DNA of 64,000 nucleotides from Eledone cirrhosa. Lineage: Eukaryota. Both the position numbers and the translations under genes were made by a program. The stretch's first letter is position 1. Each line of letters starts with the position of its first letter. Location of the stretch: NCBI GenBank assembly GCA_964016885.1, contig OZ024741.1, positions 165,602,001 to 165,666,000 on the forward strand. Reading direction: 5' to 3'. Positions 30,351-44,567 of this stretch are shown in pieces. Below the pieces are notes generated by a model. The model searched no databases. It worked only from the letters and a program-made list of their open reading frames with translations, and was not told where the DNA came from.

Positions 30351-31399
30351 ATCATCATCATCATCATCATCATCAACGTTTAACGTCCGTGTTCCACGCT
30401 TGCATGGGTTTGGACGGGGGTAGTCCCACTTGAGGCAAGAGTGATTGTCTTGCTCGCATAGGACTGTCTGGCAGGTTTTCTACAGTTGGATGCCCTTCCT
30501 AACACCAACCACATTTACAGTGTGGGTCTGGGAGGTTTTTACCGTGTTGCCTACACGGCCACATTACAGCGTGGACTGTGTGTTTTTTTGTCGTGACACC
30601 TACACGATCTCATTTGTTTCGGCCTGGATGGCGCGGCACCAACATAACTTTACATAGAACGGGGTGGTGTGGATGGGGTGGGGGTGGTGGCGGGACGGGG
30701 TGTATTTTGTTAGAGATGCCTACTGGCAAGGCGGGTCTTCTCTGTTACTGAGTACCGCCAAAGGTCTCGGTCCAGTGACATTGTCTTGGAGAGGTGTAAG
30801 TGTGTGAGGTCGGAGTTTATCAGCTCATCCCATGTTTTTCTAGGTCTGCCTATTCTGTGGCTACCGTCTATCTTTATTGCCCTGCACTTTGTTATACAGC
30901 TATCGACTTTCATGCGCATCACGTGTCCATACCAACGCAGCCTTCTCTCGAGTAAACAACATCTGATCCCTCTTATCTCTAATTTTTTCCTTAGTTCGTT
31001 TATGCTTTGCCGTTCACGTATATTACTGTTACACATCCAGCGGAGCATGCAAGCTTCGTTCCTCTCTAGTCTGTGTATATCCTCTGCACACAATGCCCAG
31101 GTCTCACTACCATGCAACATTGCTGTTCGTATGCAGGCATCGTACAACCTGCCTTTCATTTTTAGGGAGAACCCTTTAGCAGCTAATAAGCTCTCTGAAC
31201 TTTTTCCAACCAGTTCTGACTCTAGCTACAGTACTTTCAGAGCACCCTCCCCCACTGCTGATTTTATCGCCCAGGTAACGGAAGCTGTCCACTATTTCTA
31301 TAGAACCCTCTGCGCAATTGAAAGAGCTAGTATTTTGTGGGCACTTGCTGCTACTTATTGCACCAGAACACCGGCCACATGTAAAGTCTATGTTCTTAG

Positions 31400-31400
<1 letters not shown>
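30351..31400 (-). mobile_element. Young 5'-truncated RTE-B copy (~1 kb)
   Basis: Near-identical reverse complement of ~9527-10580 with a small deletion; TA flanks. Confidence 0.93.
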
Positions 31401-31468
<68 letters not shown>

Positions 31469-31485
31469 ATGTGAAATAAAGTGTC

Positions 31486-31746
31486 TTGTTGTGTTGTTTC
31501 CTTGAGCAAGACACTTTATATCACATTGCTCCAGTTTACTCAGCTGTAGAAATGAGATGATAGGGACTGGGGTCCCTACCATTCCACTGCAAAGTGGTCA
31601 TGGATGTGCCAAAGCAAAAAGGCACCCAGCACTCACTGTAAATGAGGTTGGTGTTAGGAAGGGCATCCAGCTGTAGAAATCAAGCCAGAATCAGTTCCCG
31701 TCCCACCCTTGCAAGCAGGGAAAAGCGGACGTAAAATGATGATGAT
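31486..31746 (+). mobile_element. 5'-truncated RTE-tailed CORE SINE
   Basis: Matches 6497-6766. Preceded by a short inverted piece of its own CORE segment (GCAATGTGAAATAAAGTGTCTTG). Confidence 0.8.
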
Positions 31747-31920
31747 ATATATATATATAATTTATATATATATATATAATTTATATATATATATATAATT
31801 TATATATATATATATTATATATATATATTATATATATATATATATATATAATATATATATATATATAATATATATATATATATATAATATATATATATAT
31901 ATAATATATATATATTATAT

Positions 31921-31998
<78 letters not shown>

Positions 31999-32022
31999 TA
32001 TATTATATATATGTATATATAT

Positions 32023-32056
<34 letters not shown>

Positions 32057-32139
32057 ATATATATATATATAATTTATATATATATAATTTATATATATAT
32101 ATATTATATATATATATATATATAATATATATATATATA

Positions 32140-32181
<42 letters not shown>

Positions 32182-32189
32182 TATATATA

Positions 32190-32237
<48 letters not shown>

Positions 32238-32496
32238 TATATATAATTTATATATATATATATATATAATATATATATATATAATATATATATATTATAT
32301 ATATATATAATATATATATATTATATATATATATATAATATATATATATTATATATATATATATAAATATAATATATATATATTATATATATATATTATA
32401 TATATATATATATAATTTATATTATATATATATATATATAATTTATATATATATAATTTATATATATATTATATACATATATATATTATATATATA

Positions 32497-32539
<43 letters not shown>

Positions 32540-32737
32540 ATATATATAATTTATATATATATTATATACATATATATATTATATATATATATTATATATA
32601 TGTATTATATATATATATATATATAAACTTTATATATATATAATTTATATATATATTATATACATATATATATTATATATATATATTATATATATGTATT
32701 ATATATATATATATTATATATATATATTATATATATG

Positions 32738-32779
<42 letters not shown>

Positions 32780-32936
32780 TATATATACATATATATATTA
32801 TATATATATATATTATATATATGTATTATATATATATAATTTATATATATATATAATTTATATATATATATATTATATATATATATATATAATTTATATA
32901 TATATATATATATAATTTATATATATATATATATAT

Positions 32937-32970
<34 letters not shown>

Positions 32971-32981
32971 ATATTATATAT

Positions 32982-33013
<32 letters not shown>

Positions 33014-33025
33014 ATATATGTATAT

Positions 33026-33090
<65 letters not shown>

Positions 33091-33107
33091 TATATATAAT
33101 ATGTATA
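31746..33107. repeat. ~1.4 kb interrupted (TA)n tract
   Basis: TA repeats with AA/TT phase shifts. Confidence 0.95.
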
Positions 33108-33350
33108 TAATATTTCGTTTCTGAATTTGTTTAGCAAGATTCTTTATCTGAAAACCTGTGTTGAACACACACGCACATAGAGCAAACAACCAACCAGTAA
33201 CATGTAAATAAACAAATAAATAAACAAATATAAACACACACAGACACCCGGATGTAACACATGCACAAACTAAGCACACAACACACACAAAAACAAGATG
33301 GCGTAGGACAGAACAAAGGAGAGGCACAAAAACAAAGAAAAGAATCCCCA

Positions 33351-33393
33351 GTCACTAAAGAGGTCACAGAATGTGTGACGAAAGAACTTTGAC
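33351..33393 (+). ncRNA. Degenerate type I hammerhead motif (G5 to A)
   Basis: GTCA-CTAAAGA-G-GTCACA GAATG TGTGAC-GAAA-GAAC-TT^TGAC; stems I and II pair perfectly. Confidence 0.5.
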
Positions 33394-33631
33394 AATATAT
33401 AAACAATCATCTGGTTGTGGATCCAACCAACCGGAAATATATAAATTCCTCAATTTATTATAATAAATTGAAATGAAGCAACTGGTGCGTGCGTTTCTTA
33501 TTGGCAACATGACCCTCCCAAAGTATAACAATATATATAATATATATATATATATAATATATATATATATATATAATATATATATATATATAATATATAT
33601 ATAATATATATATATATATAATATATATATG

Positions 33632-36600
33632 TCGTGTCAATAAGTGTATTTTTTTTGTTTTTTTATGACCATGCTGTAAAATGGAGGGGTAGACAGGGCC
33701 CTTGAGTCTAGTAAGACATCCTCTCTATTGCTAGTGGCACAAATAAAAGCACCCAGTCCATGCTGTAAAGTGGCGCTGGTGTTAGGAAGGGCATCCAGCT
33801 AGTGTATCAATGCCAAAACGCTTATCAGCACAGCAACAAATAGGAACAACAAAATGTGAAGACGTCGCATCTCAGAGTTGCAACACTTAAAGTTGGCACT
33901 CTCAGAGGTAGATCTGCTGAAATAGTGGAGATGCTGGAGAGAAGGCATGTGGATGTGTGCTGCGTGCAAGAGGTGAGATGGAGAGGTGCCTCTGCGAGAC
34001 TAGTCGTAGGCAAACATCTTAGCTATAAGCTTTTCTGGGTAGGTAAGGATGATGGGTTAGGGGGAGTAGGCATTTTCCTGGCTGAGAGATGGATCAATAA
34101 GACAATAGAGGTAGTTCAAGTTAGTAATCGAATAATTAAGCTTTGATTAGTTGTAGGCAGGAGACTACTGACAATTATCTCTGCCTATGCTCCCCAAGCA
34201 GGCCTAGGCAAAGATGAGAAAGACTGCTTTTACGAGCAACTTTTACAAACAACCGCAATGACAGAGGACGGAGACATCGTTATGCTAGCAGGGGACTTCA
34301 ATGGTCATGTTGGACTGCTCCAGGATGGTTACACTGGGGTACATGGTGGGCACGGTTACGGCTCAAGAAATGAAGAAGGAGTGAGACTTCTTGAATTTTG
34401 TGATGCAAGTACACTGACTATTTGCAATACAAACTTCCAGAAACCTGCCAATCACCTAATAACCTACAAATATGGCGAGCACATAAGCAAGATTGACTTC
34501 TTACTAGTTAGGCAGCGGTACAGGCAGATAGTGTCTAATACCAAGGCATACCCTGGGAAAGAATGTACCCCACAGCATAGGTTAGTCGTTAGTGATATCT
34601 CAGTAAGCAAGAGATGGAATGAGATATAGAGGAAGGTGTGGAGAAGAAAGGTCTGGAAGCTAAAAGACCTTTCACTAAAATACAAATTTAGGAAAGCCCT
34701 TCAAGATGTATATGACGAAAAAGAAGCCGATTTAGAGACGTATGACATAGATAATAACTGGAATTTCTTACGTGACAACTTGCTGCAGGCTACTGATGAA
34801 ACTTGTGCTTGGAGCAGAGCTCCAACCAGACAGAGAGTGACCTGGTGGTGGAACAGCACAGTAGATAAGGCCATTAGAGACAAAAGACTAGCATGGAAGG
34901 CTTGGCAAAAGGGTGGGAGTAGGGAAGAATATACAGCTGCTAAGAGAGAAGCTAGACGTCAGGTGTACTTAGCACGCAGTGAGACTGAGAGTAGGAGGTT
35001 TGCCAATGTTCTGCGACGGGAAGACCAGAGGCGTGCGGGGTTCCACATTGCAAGGCAGTGTGTCAATGCAAATCAGGATGTTGTTGGAGATAAATGTGTC
35101 CGGGATGATGCCGGTGTACTTAGTGTCACGAATGATCAGAAAAAGGAGGCCTGGAAATGTCATTATGAGAGACTGATGAATGTGGAGAACGAATGGGAGA
35201 GAGAGAAATGGCCCTTTGTAGGTCCAACAGAGGGACCAGCTATTGAGATTGACGAATATAGGGTCTAAGAGGCGATTAAGGAAATGAAAAATGGGAAGGC
35301 TGCTGGACCATCGGGAATAGTTGCTGAGATGCTGAAGGCATCAGAGGACGTAGGCACTAAACTGGTTGCACGCATCATCAATCAGGCTATATATGGTGGT
35401 GTCATACACAAAGACTGGTGCAGCAATATTCTGATAAATTGCTACAAAGGTAAAGGGGATGCTCTGGAGAGGAGCAATTATAGGGGTATAAAACTGATGA
35501 ATCAGGTTATGAAAGTGGCAGAAAGGATATTAGCACAACTAATTAGAGAAAGGGTCAAACTAGATGAGATGCAATTTGGTTTTGTACCTGGGAAGAGTAC
35601 AACAGATGCCCTCTTCTTGGTGAGACAATTGCAAGAGAGGTTCTTAGAGAAAAATAAGCCACTATACTTAGCCTTTGTTGACCTAGAGAAGGCCTTTGAT
35701 AGGGTACCCCGATCTGTCATCTGGTGGTCCCTAAGGAAATTAGGTGTTGAGGAATGGCTAGTGAGGACAGTGCAAACTTTGTACAGAGGTACTCTCAGTA
35801 AAGTCAGGGTAGGAATGGAGTTTAGTGAGGAATTCCAGATACAAGTAGGAGTACATCAAGGTTCGGACCTCAGCCCGCTCTTGTTCATTATAGTCCTCCA
35901 AGCCATAACAGAGGAGTTTAAGACTGGCTGTCCATGGGAACTTCTCTATGCTGACGATCTGGTTCTTATAGCAGAATCAGTAGAGGAGCTAGAGAATAAA
36001 TTCTGGCTATGGAAACAGCAGTTGGAAGCGGGAGGACTGAGAGTGAACCTAGTTGTGTGTTGATGAGTAGAAAAGAGGACAAAACTCTGATTCCGTCACG
36101 GAAATCGCCATGTTCGATGTGCAGAAAAGGAACTGGCATGAATTCTATAAAATGCACACAATGCAGATCCTGGATTTACAAGAGATGTAACAGGAAAGTA
36201 AGGCAAACTAACAGGTAGGGAGAAATATGTATGCAGTAAATGTACAGGGAAATTAGACAGTAGAAGTCGCATTGATAGACACATTTTTCAAATGCAGGAG
36301 GGTGCTATAGAAGTGGTGGATAGCTTCCGGTACCTAGGAGATCAGATTAGCATGGGAGGAGGGTGTTCCGAGGCCATAGTATCTAGAATAAGGACGGGTT
36401 GGAAGAAGTTTAGGGAGCTGCTTCCTCTGCTGATGAAGAAGGGTTTCTCCCTGCATACGAAAGGCCGGTTGTATGATGCCTGTGTGAGGAGCACGATGCT
36501 ACATGGTAGTGTGACATGGGCAGCAACTGCAGAGGATATGCGACGGCTGGAGAGAAATGAGGCAAGCATGCTCCGTTGGATGTGCAGTGTAAATGTACAT

Positions 36601-36733
36601 GAACAACCGAGCATGAATGTGTTGAGAGAGAAACTGTGTCTGAGAGGGATAGAATGTAGTGTACAGGAGAGGAGACTGAGATGGTATGGATATCTGATGC
36701 GCATGAAGGATGACCGATGGGTGAAGAAGTGCC
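33632..36733 (+). mobile_element. Degenerate near-full-length RTE (subfamily C), 3' end lost at a TA tract
   Basis: Broken ORFs 33856-34146, 34258-34629, 34636-35268, 35284-36063 and 36292 onward, with EN, RT (LYADD) and zinc-finger remnants. Confidence 0.92.
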
Positions 36734-36764
36734 ATATATATATATATATATATATAATATATAT

Positions 36765-36854
<90 letters not shown>

Positions 36855-36874
36855 TTTATATATATATATATATA

Positions 36875-38494
36875 AAATATGTAAGCGGGCCTTAGCAACT
36901 CCACTGAAGATGCTCTTCAGAAGCTCCTTGGCTAGCGGTGTACTACCCAGGGAGCTGAAAGAAGGCACAATATGCTCTATTCATAAAGGAGGTAGTAGAG
37001 CGGAGGCCAAGAACTATAGGCCAGTCTCCCTGACGTCGCATATCAGTAAGGTCATGGAGCGAGTCGTCAGAAAGAAACTAATCACTTTCCTCGAAGAAAA
37101 TGACCGCCTGACTAGCACGCAACATGGCTTCCGCCCAGGAAGAAGCTGCCTTACACAGCTGCTACATCACTACGACTGGGTACTGAGACAGCTACTAGAC
37201 AGCTCACATGTAGACGTGATATATCTTGACTTTGCGAAGGCCTTTGACAAGGTCGACCACGGAATGATATGTCACAAACTACACGGACTCGGCATAACTG
37301 GAAAAGTAGGTGAGTGGCTGCATGGCTTCCTGAGGGACAGAAGCCAGGCAGTCGCAGCAAATGGGGCCCTCTCGAGGGAAACACCGATAACAAGTGGGGT
37401 GCCTCAGGGGACAGTCCTGGGACCACTACTGTTTTTGGTGGCTCTCTCGGACATGCCCTCTGTGGTGCATGCAACAACATCCCTCACTAGCTATGCTGAT
37501 GACACTAAGGTAGCACAGGCAATCAAAAACCCGGCTGACGCTGCCCTCTTACAGCAGGATCTGGATGCCATATACAGATGGGCGGAAGAAAACAACATGC
37601 AGTTTAATGCTGGCAAATTCCAAGCCCTACAATACAAACCTGCAAACACAAACACAAATATAGCGGAACACAGCTACACAGGACCAGGAGGGACCGATAT
37701 CCCCGTGTCAAAATCGATACGAGACCTGGGCATAGACATGAGCGATGATGCATCTTTTTCTTCACACATCATGAAGGTGGCGACAGCATGTAGACGATTC
37801 GCTGGCTGGATCTTGAGGACTTTCCTTACAAGAGATCGAGACACCATGTTGACACTGTGGAGGACTTTTGTCCTAAGCCGCCTGGACTACTGCTCCCAGC
37901 TGTGGTCACCCCATAGTGTCAAACTAACCACAGAGTTTGAGGCAATCCAGCGAAGCTACACCAAGAGGATTGCCAAGATGAGGGAGACAAGCTACTGGGA
38001 GAGGCTGAAGGAACTGAACCTCTACTCCTTGGAGCGAAGACGGGAGAGATACGCAGTGATCTACATGTGGAAAATCCTGGAGGGACTAGCACCAAACTTT
38101 GGCATTGGGAGCTGGACCAACCATCGAACAGGACGTCACTGTGTGGTGCCAAAGGTCCCGTCTTCCACATCTAGAATAAGGAGCAGGTATTGCAATAGCC
38201 TGGGATTCAAGGGCCCTCAACTCTTCAACAGGCTGCCGAGGCATCTGCGAGACTTGCATGACGTGGAGGTGGATGTCTTTAAGAAACATCTCGACACCTT
38301 GTTATCCAGGATCCCGGATGAGCCCACAGCAAGACACGAGGGAAACCTAAGGGCAGCAGCAACAAACTCCCTCCTACACCAGTGGCCAACCTATTCAGGC
38401 TGGAGATAAAATGTGTAGCAACAAGGGCGGTGCCCCAGCATGGCCTCAGCCGGATGGCTGAAACAGGTAAAAAAAAAAAAAAAAAAAAAAAAAA
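36875..38494 (+). mobile_element. 5'-truncated CR1-group LINE, RT half still open
   Basis: NYRPVSLTS, QHGFRPGRSC, YLDFAKAFDKV, GVPQGTVLGP, YADD, LYSLERRR. Stop at 38409, short 3' UTR, poly(A) 38469-38494. Confidence 0.9.
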
Positions 38495-38496
38495 GA

Positions 38497-38511
38497 GTAT
38501 ATATATATATA

Positions 38512-38551
<40 letters not shown>

Positions 38552-38561
38552 TTATATATAT

Positions 38562-38656
<95 letters not shown>

Positions 38657-38690
38657 TTATATATATATATATATATAATATATATTATAT

Positions 38691-38722
<32 letters not shown>

Positions 38723-39068
38723 ATATATATTATATATATATAATATATATTATATATATTTATATATATAATATATATATATATAATATATATATATATA
38801 TATAATATATATATATATATATAATATATATATATATATATAATATATATATATATATATTATATATATATATATATATAATATATATATATATATATTA
38901 TATATATATATATATATAATATATATATATTTTATATATATATATATATAATATATATATATATATTATATATATATATAATATATATTATATATATATA
39001 TAATATATATTATATATATATATAATATATATATATATATAATATATATTATATATAATATATATTAT

Positions 39069-39125
<57 letters not shown>

Positions 39126-39134
39126 TAATATATA
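38497..39134. repeat. Interrupted (TA)n tract
   Basis: TA repeats with AA/TT phase shifts. Confidence 0.95.
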
Positions 39135-39423
39135 AGGGTGGTGGATTGGCAGTATCGGTAGAGGGTCGGACGCCATGCTTTCCAGCATAGTTACATCCCT
39201 TTACGATCTGAGTTCAAATCCCGCCGAGGTTCACTTTGCCTTTCATCCTTACGGGGTTGATCAAATAAAGTACCAGTAATGCACTGGGTAATTGCTGGCC
39301 TTGTGCCTAAAGCAGAAACAATTATATATATAATATATTTATTATATATATATATTATATATATATATATAATATATATAATATATATATATATTATATA
39401 TATATATATAATATATGTAATAT

Positions 39424-39466
<43 letters not shown>

Positions 39467-39841
39467 TATTATATATATATCATCATCATCACCGTTTTAC
39501 GTCCGTTCTTCCACGCTAGCATGGGTTAGACGGGTTGTCCTGTTGTGGGCAGTGTCTGGTCGGCTGACCATGCCTTGCTCATACAGGAACTGATTTTGGC
39601 TTGATTTCTCCACCTCATTTACAGTGTGGGCTGCGTGCTTTTTTTGCCGTGGCACCTCCACGACCACCCTGCAAGGCCAGTAATTACCCAGTGTATTACT
39701 GGTACTTTATTTTATCAACCCCATAAGGATGAAAGGCAAAGTTAATCTCGGCGGGATTTGAACTCAGAATGGCAAGGGCCGTAACTCTATGCGTCAAAGC
39801 ATGGCGTCCGACCCTCTACCGATACTGCCAATCCACCGCCT
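39135..39841. mobile_element. Meta-like SINE (+, 39135-39325), RTE-A tail fragment (-, 39481-39672), Meta-like SINE (-, 39672-39841)
   Basis: Direct matches to 19741-19933 and to 2102-2372. Confidence 0.8.
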
Positions 39842-42800
39842 GATGTTAAACGATAATGATGACAACGACGACGGCACACATTTTGATTTCATTTTAAATT
39901 ATTTCATAGACACTCTACAGAACTTCATAAAATGCCTGTGAATTTTATCTTCTGCCATCAGTGTTTACTTGTTAATTTCAATCAATTATTGAAGAACAAG
40001 AAACAAGACCTAAATTACGTAGAGAAATTATCAATCACTATTAAAGGAGGATCACTCTGAGAGACTAATAATATAATAGACTAACTTAGTTACTTCCCTT
40101 TACAAAACTTTATATTGAAGATGTATAATTTAAATTGTAACACATACCCACACACTCTCTCTCTCCCTCTCTCACTCGCAGTGAAATAAATACCATGAAG
40201 ACGTTTTGTTGTTTGTTTTTAAATATGAAACATTGTAATTTTTAACCCTTCCCTTACCATACTTTCAATAAAAAAAATACACTATCTATGGTTTTAGAAT
40301 TATTTTGAAAAGAACCAAGAATTTAGAGGGATTTAGTAACAGCTAATTTTCTCTTAAGCCAGTGTTTGGAACATCCCTTAACAAAGATTCTAACATACAA
40401 TTATGATGGATGTGGGCAGTTTCGGATTTTTTTAACAAAATGGTAACACTGGTAGTTTCATAAATTTTCAGGGTTTCTACTTTTATTCTTTTTAATATTT
40501 TACAGAGTGGAGAATAAAGATCACAATCATTTTTTATATCCCACCACAATGTGAGAAATCTTTATGCCCCACCCTGTATAATAGTTGAAACTAAGTTTCA
40601 ATTGTATATCATTAATTGTGTCATCACTGTTATAGACTATGGCCCACCTGGGTTAATTCATCACTTTCTCCCTTTGAACCAAATAAAATATAAAACAATA
40701 GTATACAGGGGTCAGTTCTTACAACCCTAATATCACAACCAATTTTTCATGTTGGTATATGTTGGACGCAAGGTGACAAATTGGCAAAGTTGTTAGAACA
40801 TCGGATAAAATACTTTGCAGTTTCTTTCTTGTTTCTGCGCTCTAAATCCAAATTCCGCTGAGGGCAACTTTGCCTTTCATGGTTTTAAGGTCAATAAAAA
40901 AAAAATACCAGTCTAGTATTGGGGTCGTTTGTACCCCCTCCCCTCTATCAGAAATCGGCTCTATTCAGACCTGGAGAAGAAATTGGCTCCAACAGGTTTA
41001 AAAGTGCTCAAGAAACGCCATATGTCACTACAGTGCTCCTAAGACTCCACTGGGAGTTACGGATCAAAGAAAGAATATGTGGAATGAGATATGGATTGGC
41101 AATATCAGTACAGCATTGAATAAAATGATTTACAGTATAAAGTTATGACTTTGTAAAGGTGGTCGTAACATATAGTCCGCCCTGTAAAGTGGTAGTGTTA
41201 ATGCCACAACAAAATTAGTCAGTCCACCCTCAGCTGGGAGTATTTCATTGTGGCATCAGTAGAACCTCAAAACTAGGGTGGTCAGTGTATCCTTGACCAG
41301 ACTGGGGAGACATTGATGGAGAGGCATTCAAAAAAATGTGTGGTAGGCTATAAACTACTTGTCAGGGAAGGGGGGATAACATCCCACCATAGGAGAGGAA
41401 GTGTCAAGTCATGAGGTGACCTTGAATTACATGGGTTGTGTCTGGCATATTGTGAAATGTGTCTGGATTTCTGTGTTGGATAGGAAAAGTGAGCCAGGGA
41501 TGTGGGATGACATGGGTCGGGAAGGAAGACATATTTTTAATTGTATACTTATTATCTTAGTTTACTATATTTATACCAGTAATTATCAGAGGAAAGGTGT
41601 GACCAGCATAAATTCCATAATTAAATATACCCAATTATCCACTGATAATGACTCAATTTAATTCCTTTACTATGAATAAAGTCTTTGTCATATATAAAAT
41701 TATATTAACCCTTTCATTGCAGTATTTCTAATGAAATACTTTGTATTTTAATTAATTAATGAAGAATTTGGGGGAGGATTTATTAAAATTATATAATAAT
41801 TTCTTTAAGATGGTATTTGTTACATAATAAAAATGATCTTATACAAAATGATGTTGGAAAATTTTAATTTAAATAGGAAATCTTTCAAATGGGTTGTTTT
41901 GTTCATTGAAATAAGTGGTTTTTGGCAAGTTGGTGTTTCCATGGAACAAATTGGGATCATTCACTCCAAACCTTACATTTACACATTCACATGACGTTCT
42001 GTTCATTTGAAGCCTGTTGTTCCACAATACCCTATGTCCATTGTGGTGACCATCACCAACATTAACACATTCCATATGCTTCAATATTCCAGGTCTCTTT
42101 TTTTTTATAGTATGAAATGGTGAAAGTACATGGCTTAGTGGTTAGAGTGTCGGGCTTACAATGCTGAGATTGTGAGTTCGATTCTTAGACAGGATTTTGA
42201 GTTGCGTTCTTGAGCAAAACACTTTAGTTGATGTTGCTCCAGGTCACTCAGCTGTAGAAATGAGTTTACTCAGCTATGGGTTAAATAGCCTCACCAACCC
42301 ACAATTGGCCAAGGATGGTGAGTACAGCTACACTCCTGACATGACCAAAACCAAAAACAGAAGCAGAAAATGTGGAGGTCAATCAGGTTGGAGTGAAAAG
42401 GCTCTGGATTGAAAATAGTATGAAATGAGCAGACATATTTGGAACATGAGGGGTTGGGTTGCTATAACAACAAATGAACTACCTAACTGATATTGTTAGA
42501 TCTCAGCCTAAATATTATCTGAGCAGTTAAAGGGGTGGTGTCAGTGGTGGACATGACAGTAATAATAAATCAATTGAAAATAGGTAAACAGGAATATAAA
42601 AGAAACAGAGTTGCGAATAAATAAAAATTCCATAATAGAATACATAACTACATAGCAGACAGTGTTATGTTAGATTGAATATGTCAAACACACACAGATA
42701 CACACATACACACATACATCCTTTTACTGGTTTCAGCTATTGGAATCAGGTCATGCTGGGGCAGTGCCATGTGTTTGTCAATCACATTGACCCAGTACTT

Positions 42801-42967
42801 AGTTTTTTTCAATTCTGGTACTTATTTTATTGTGTGTGTATGTAATGTGTGTGTGTGTGTGTGTGTGTGCGTGTGTGTGAGTGTGTGCATGCGTGCGTGT
42901 GTGTGAAATAGGAAAAAGGAAAACTGTGCTCAATTGGGAGAGAGCTAATATATTATATTATTTATTT

Positions 42968-43160
42968 AGTGGATTGGCAGTATCGGTAGAGGGTCGGACG
43001 CCATGCTTTCCAGCATAGTTATGTCCCTTTATGATCTGAGTTCAAATCCCACCGAGGTTGACTTTGCCTTTCATCCTTACGGGGTCGATAAAATAAAAAG
43101 TACCAGTAATGCACTGGGTAATTGCTGGCCTTGTGCCTAAAGTAGAAACAATTATTTATT
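42968..43160 (+). mobile_element. Meta-like SINE
   Basis: Near-identical to 19741-19933. Confidence 0.85.
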
Positions 43161-43588
43161 TATGTTCATACAAGGAACAAAAGTGCTACCTACTTGTATA
43201 ACTACCAAGAGATTAGGTCACAATTTTAACCCTTTAGTATTTACATTATATATATACTTCTGTATTTTCACAGTAAAGTCTTTACCTCACATAATAATCA
43301 CACTTAATATCAAATCAATGCGATTTTGATATTATTTATTTTGAGAACAATACCGTAACATCAGTATGAGTGGTTGGTTACAGCCAGTTTGAAGAGAAAG
43401 AGGTGAGAGAATTCTAGCTGGATATGGCCAGTTTAAATGCTAAAGGGTTAATCCCTCTTACATTCTGGAGATTGGTCAATATTGGGCCTTGAAACCTTAG
43501 GTAACACTTTTGTTCCGTGTATGAACATAAATAAATAATATAATATATATATAATTTATATGGACATGTGTGTGTGTGTGTGTCTGTG

Positions 43589-43629
<41 letters not shown>

Positions 43630-43632
43630 ACA

Positions 43633-43665
<33 letters not shown>

Positions 43666-43670
43666 GGACA

Positions 43671-43717
<47 letters not shown>

Positions 43718-43722
<5 letters not shown>

Positions 43723-43940
43723 AGGCGTGTGGCTGAGTGGTTAGAGAATTGTATTCGCAATCGTAAGGTTGTGAGTTCGATTCCTGGACCAGGCGATGCG
43801 TTATGTCCTTGAGCAAGACACTTTATTTCACGTTGCTCCTTCTACCTGGAGTTGCGACCGATAGATAGTATTAGCAATTGGAAAGACCAACGGAAACATT
43901 GTTCCCTCAGTCCGATTTGACAAAAAAGTCAATCGTTCCT
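43718..43940 (+). mobile_element. CORE SINE with a different 3' tail (related copies ~16259-16460, 29326-29416, 58123-58320)
   Basis: tRNA-like head GGCGTGTGGCTGAGTGGTTAG..GAGTTCGATTCC, then CORE start, then tail GGAGTTGCGACCGATAGATAGTATTAGCAATTGGAAAGACCAACGG. Confidence 0.8.
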
Positions 43941-44514
43941 ATATATATATATATATTAAAGTGGTTGTGTAGGTGTCATGACAAAAAGCACCCAGTCCAC
44001 GCTGTAAAGTGATCATGTAGGAAACACGTTAAAAAGGCCCCCCATCCACACTGTAAATGTGGTTGGTGTTAGGAAGGACATCCAGCAGTAGAAGATACAG
44101 TCCTATATGAGTGAGACACAGTCACCCGATCAATCTTGCCTCAAGTGGGACAATTCCCATCTAATCCATGCTAGTGTGGAAGATAGATTTAAACGATGAT
44201 GGTGATATATATATATATTTAATACAGAAATAACTTCTACAGGACTAGAACTGTTTCATTCAAAGGAAATCATCAGGAAAGCCGACTGTCAATGTTAATG
44301 AAAACCCTTTGTTTGCTTAGAATAAATGAACCTTGAAAATTAGGAGTGTCTGCTTTTGTATCATTCTGTATCACTATGTATTTTTCTCTAAGTATAGTTT
44401 TTTCAAAGAACCCCCATTCTTTAAATACATCAGCCAATGACCTCCACCCATCCCAATCACCGCCTACCCCAACCAACAGATAATGTATAAATACCACCAT
44501 GTCACATTGACTGT

Positions 44515-44567
44515 CGGCTTTCCTGATGATTGCCTTTGAATGAAATAGTTCTAGTCCTGTAGAAGCC
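44515..44567 (+). ncRNA. Hammerhead-like motif (inverted second copy at 44234-44285)
   Basis: CTGATGA-TTGCCTTTGAAT-GAAA-TAGTTCTAG-TC^; stem I imperfect. Confidence 0.45.
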
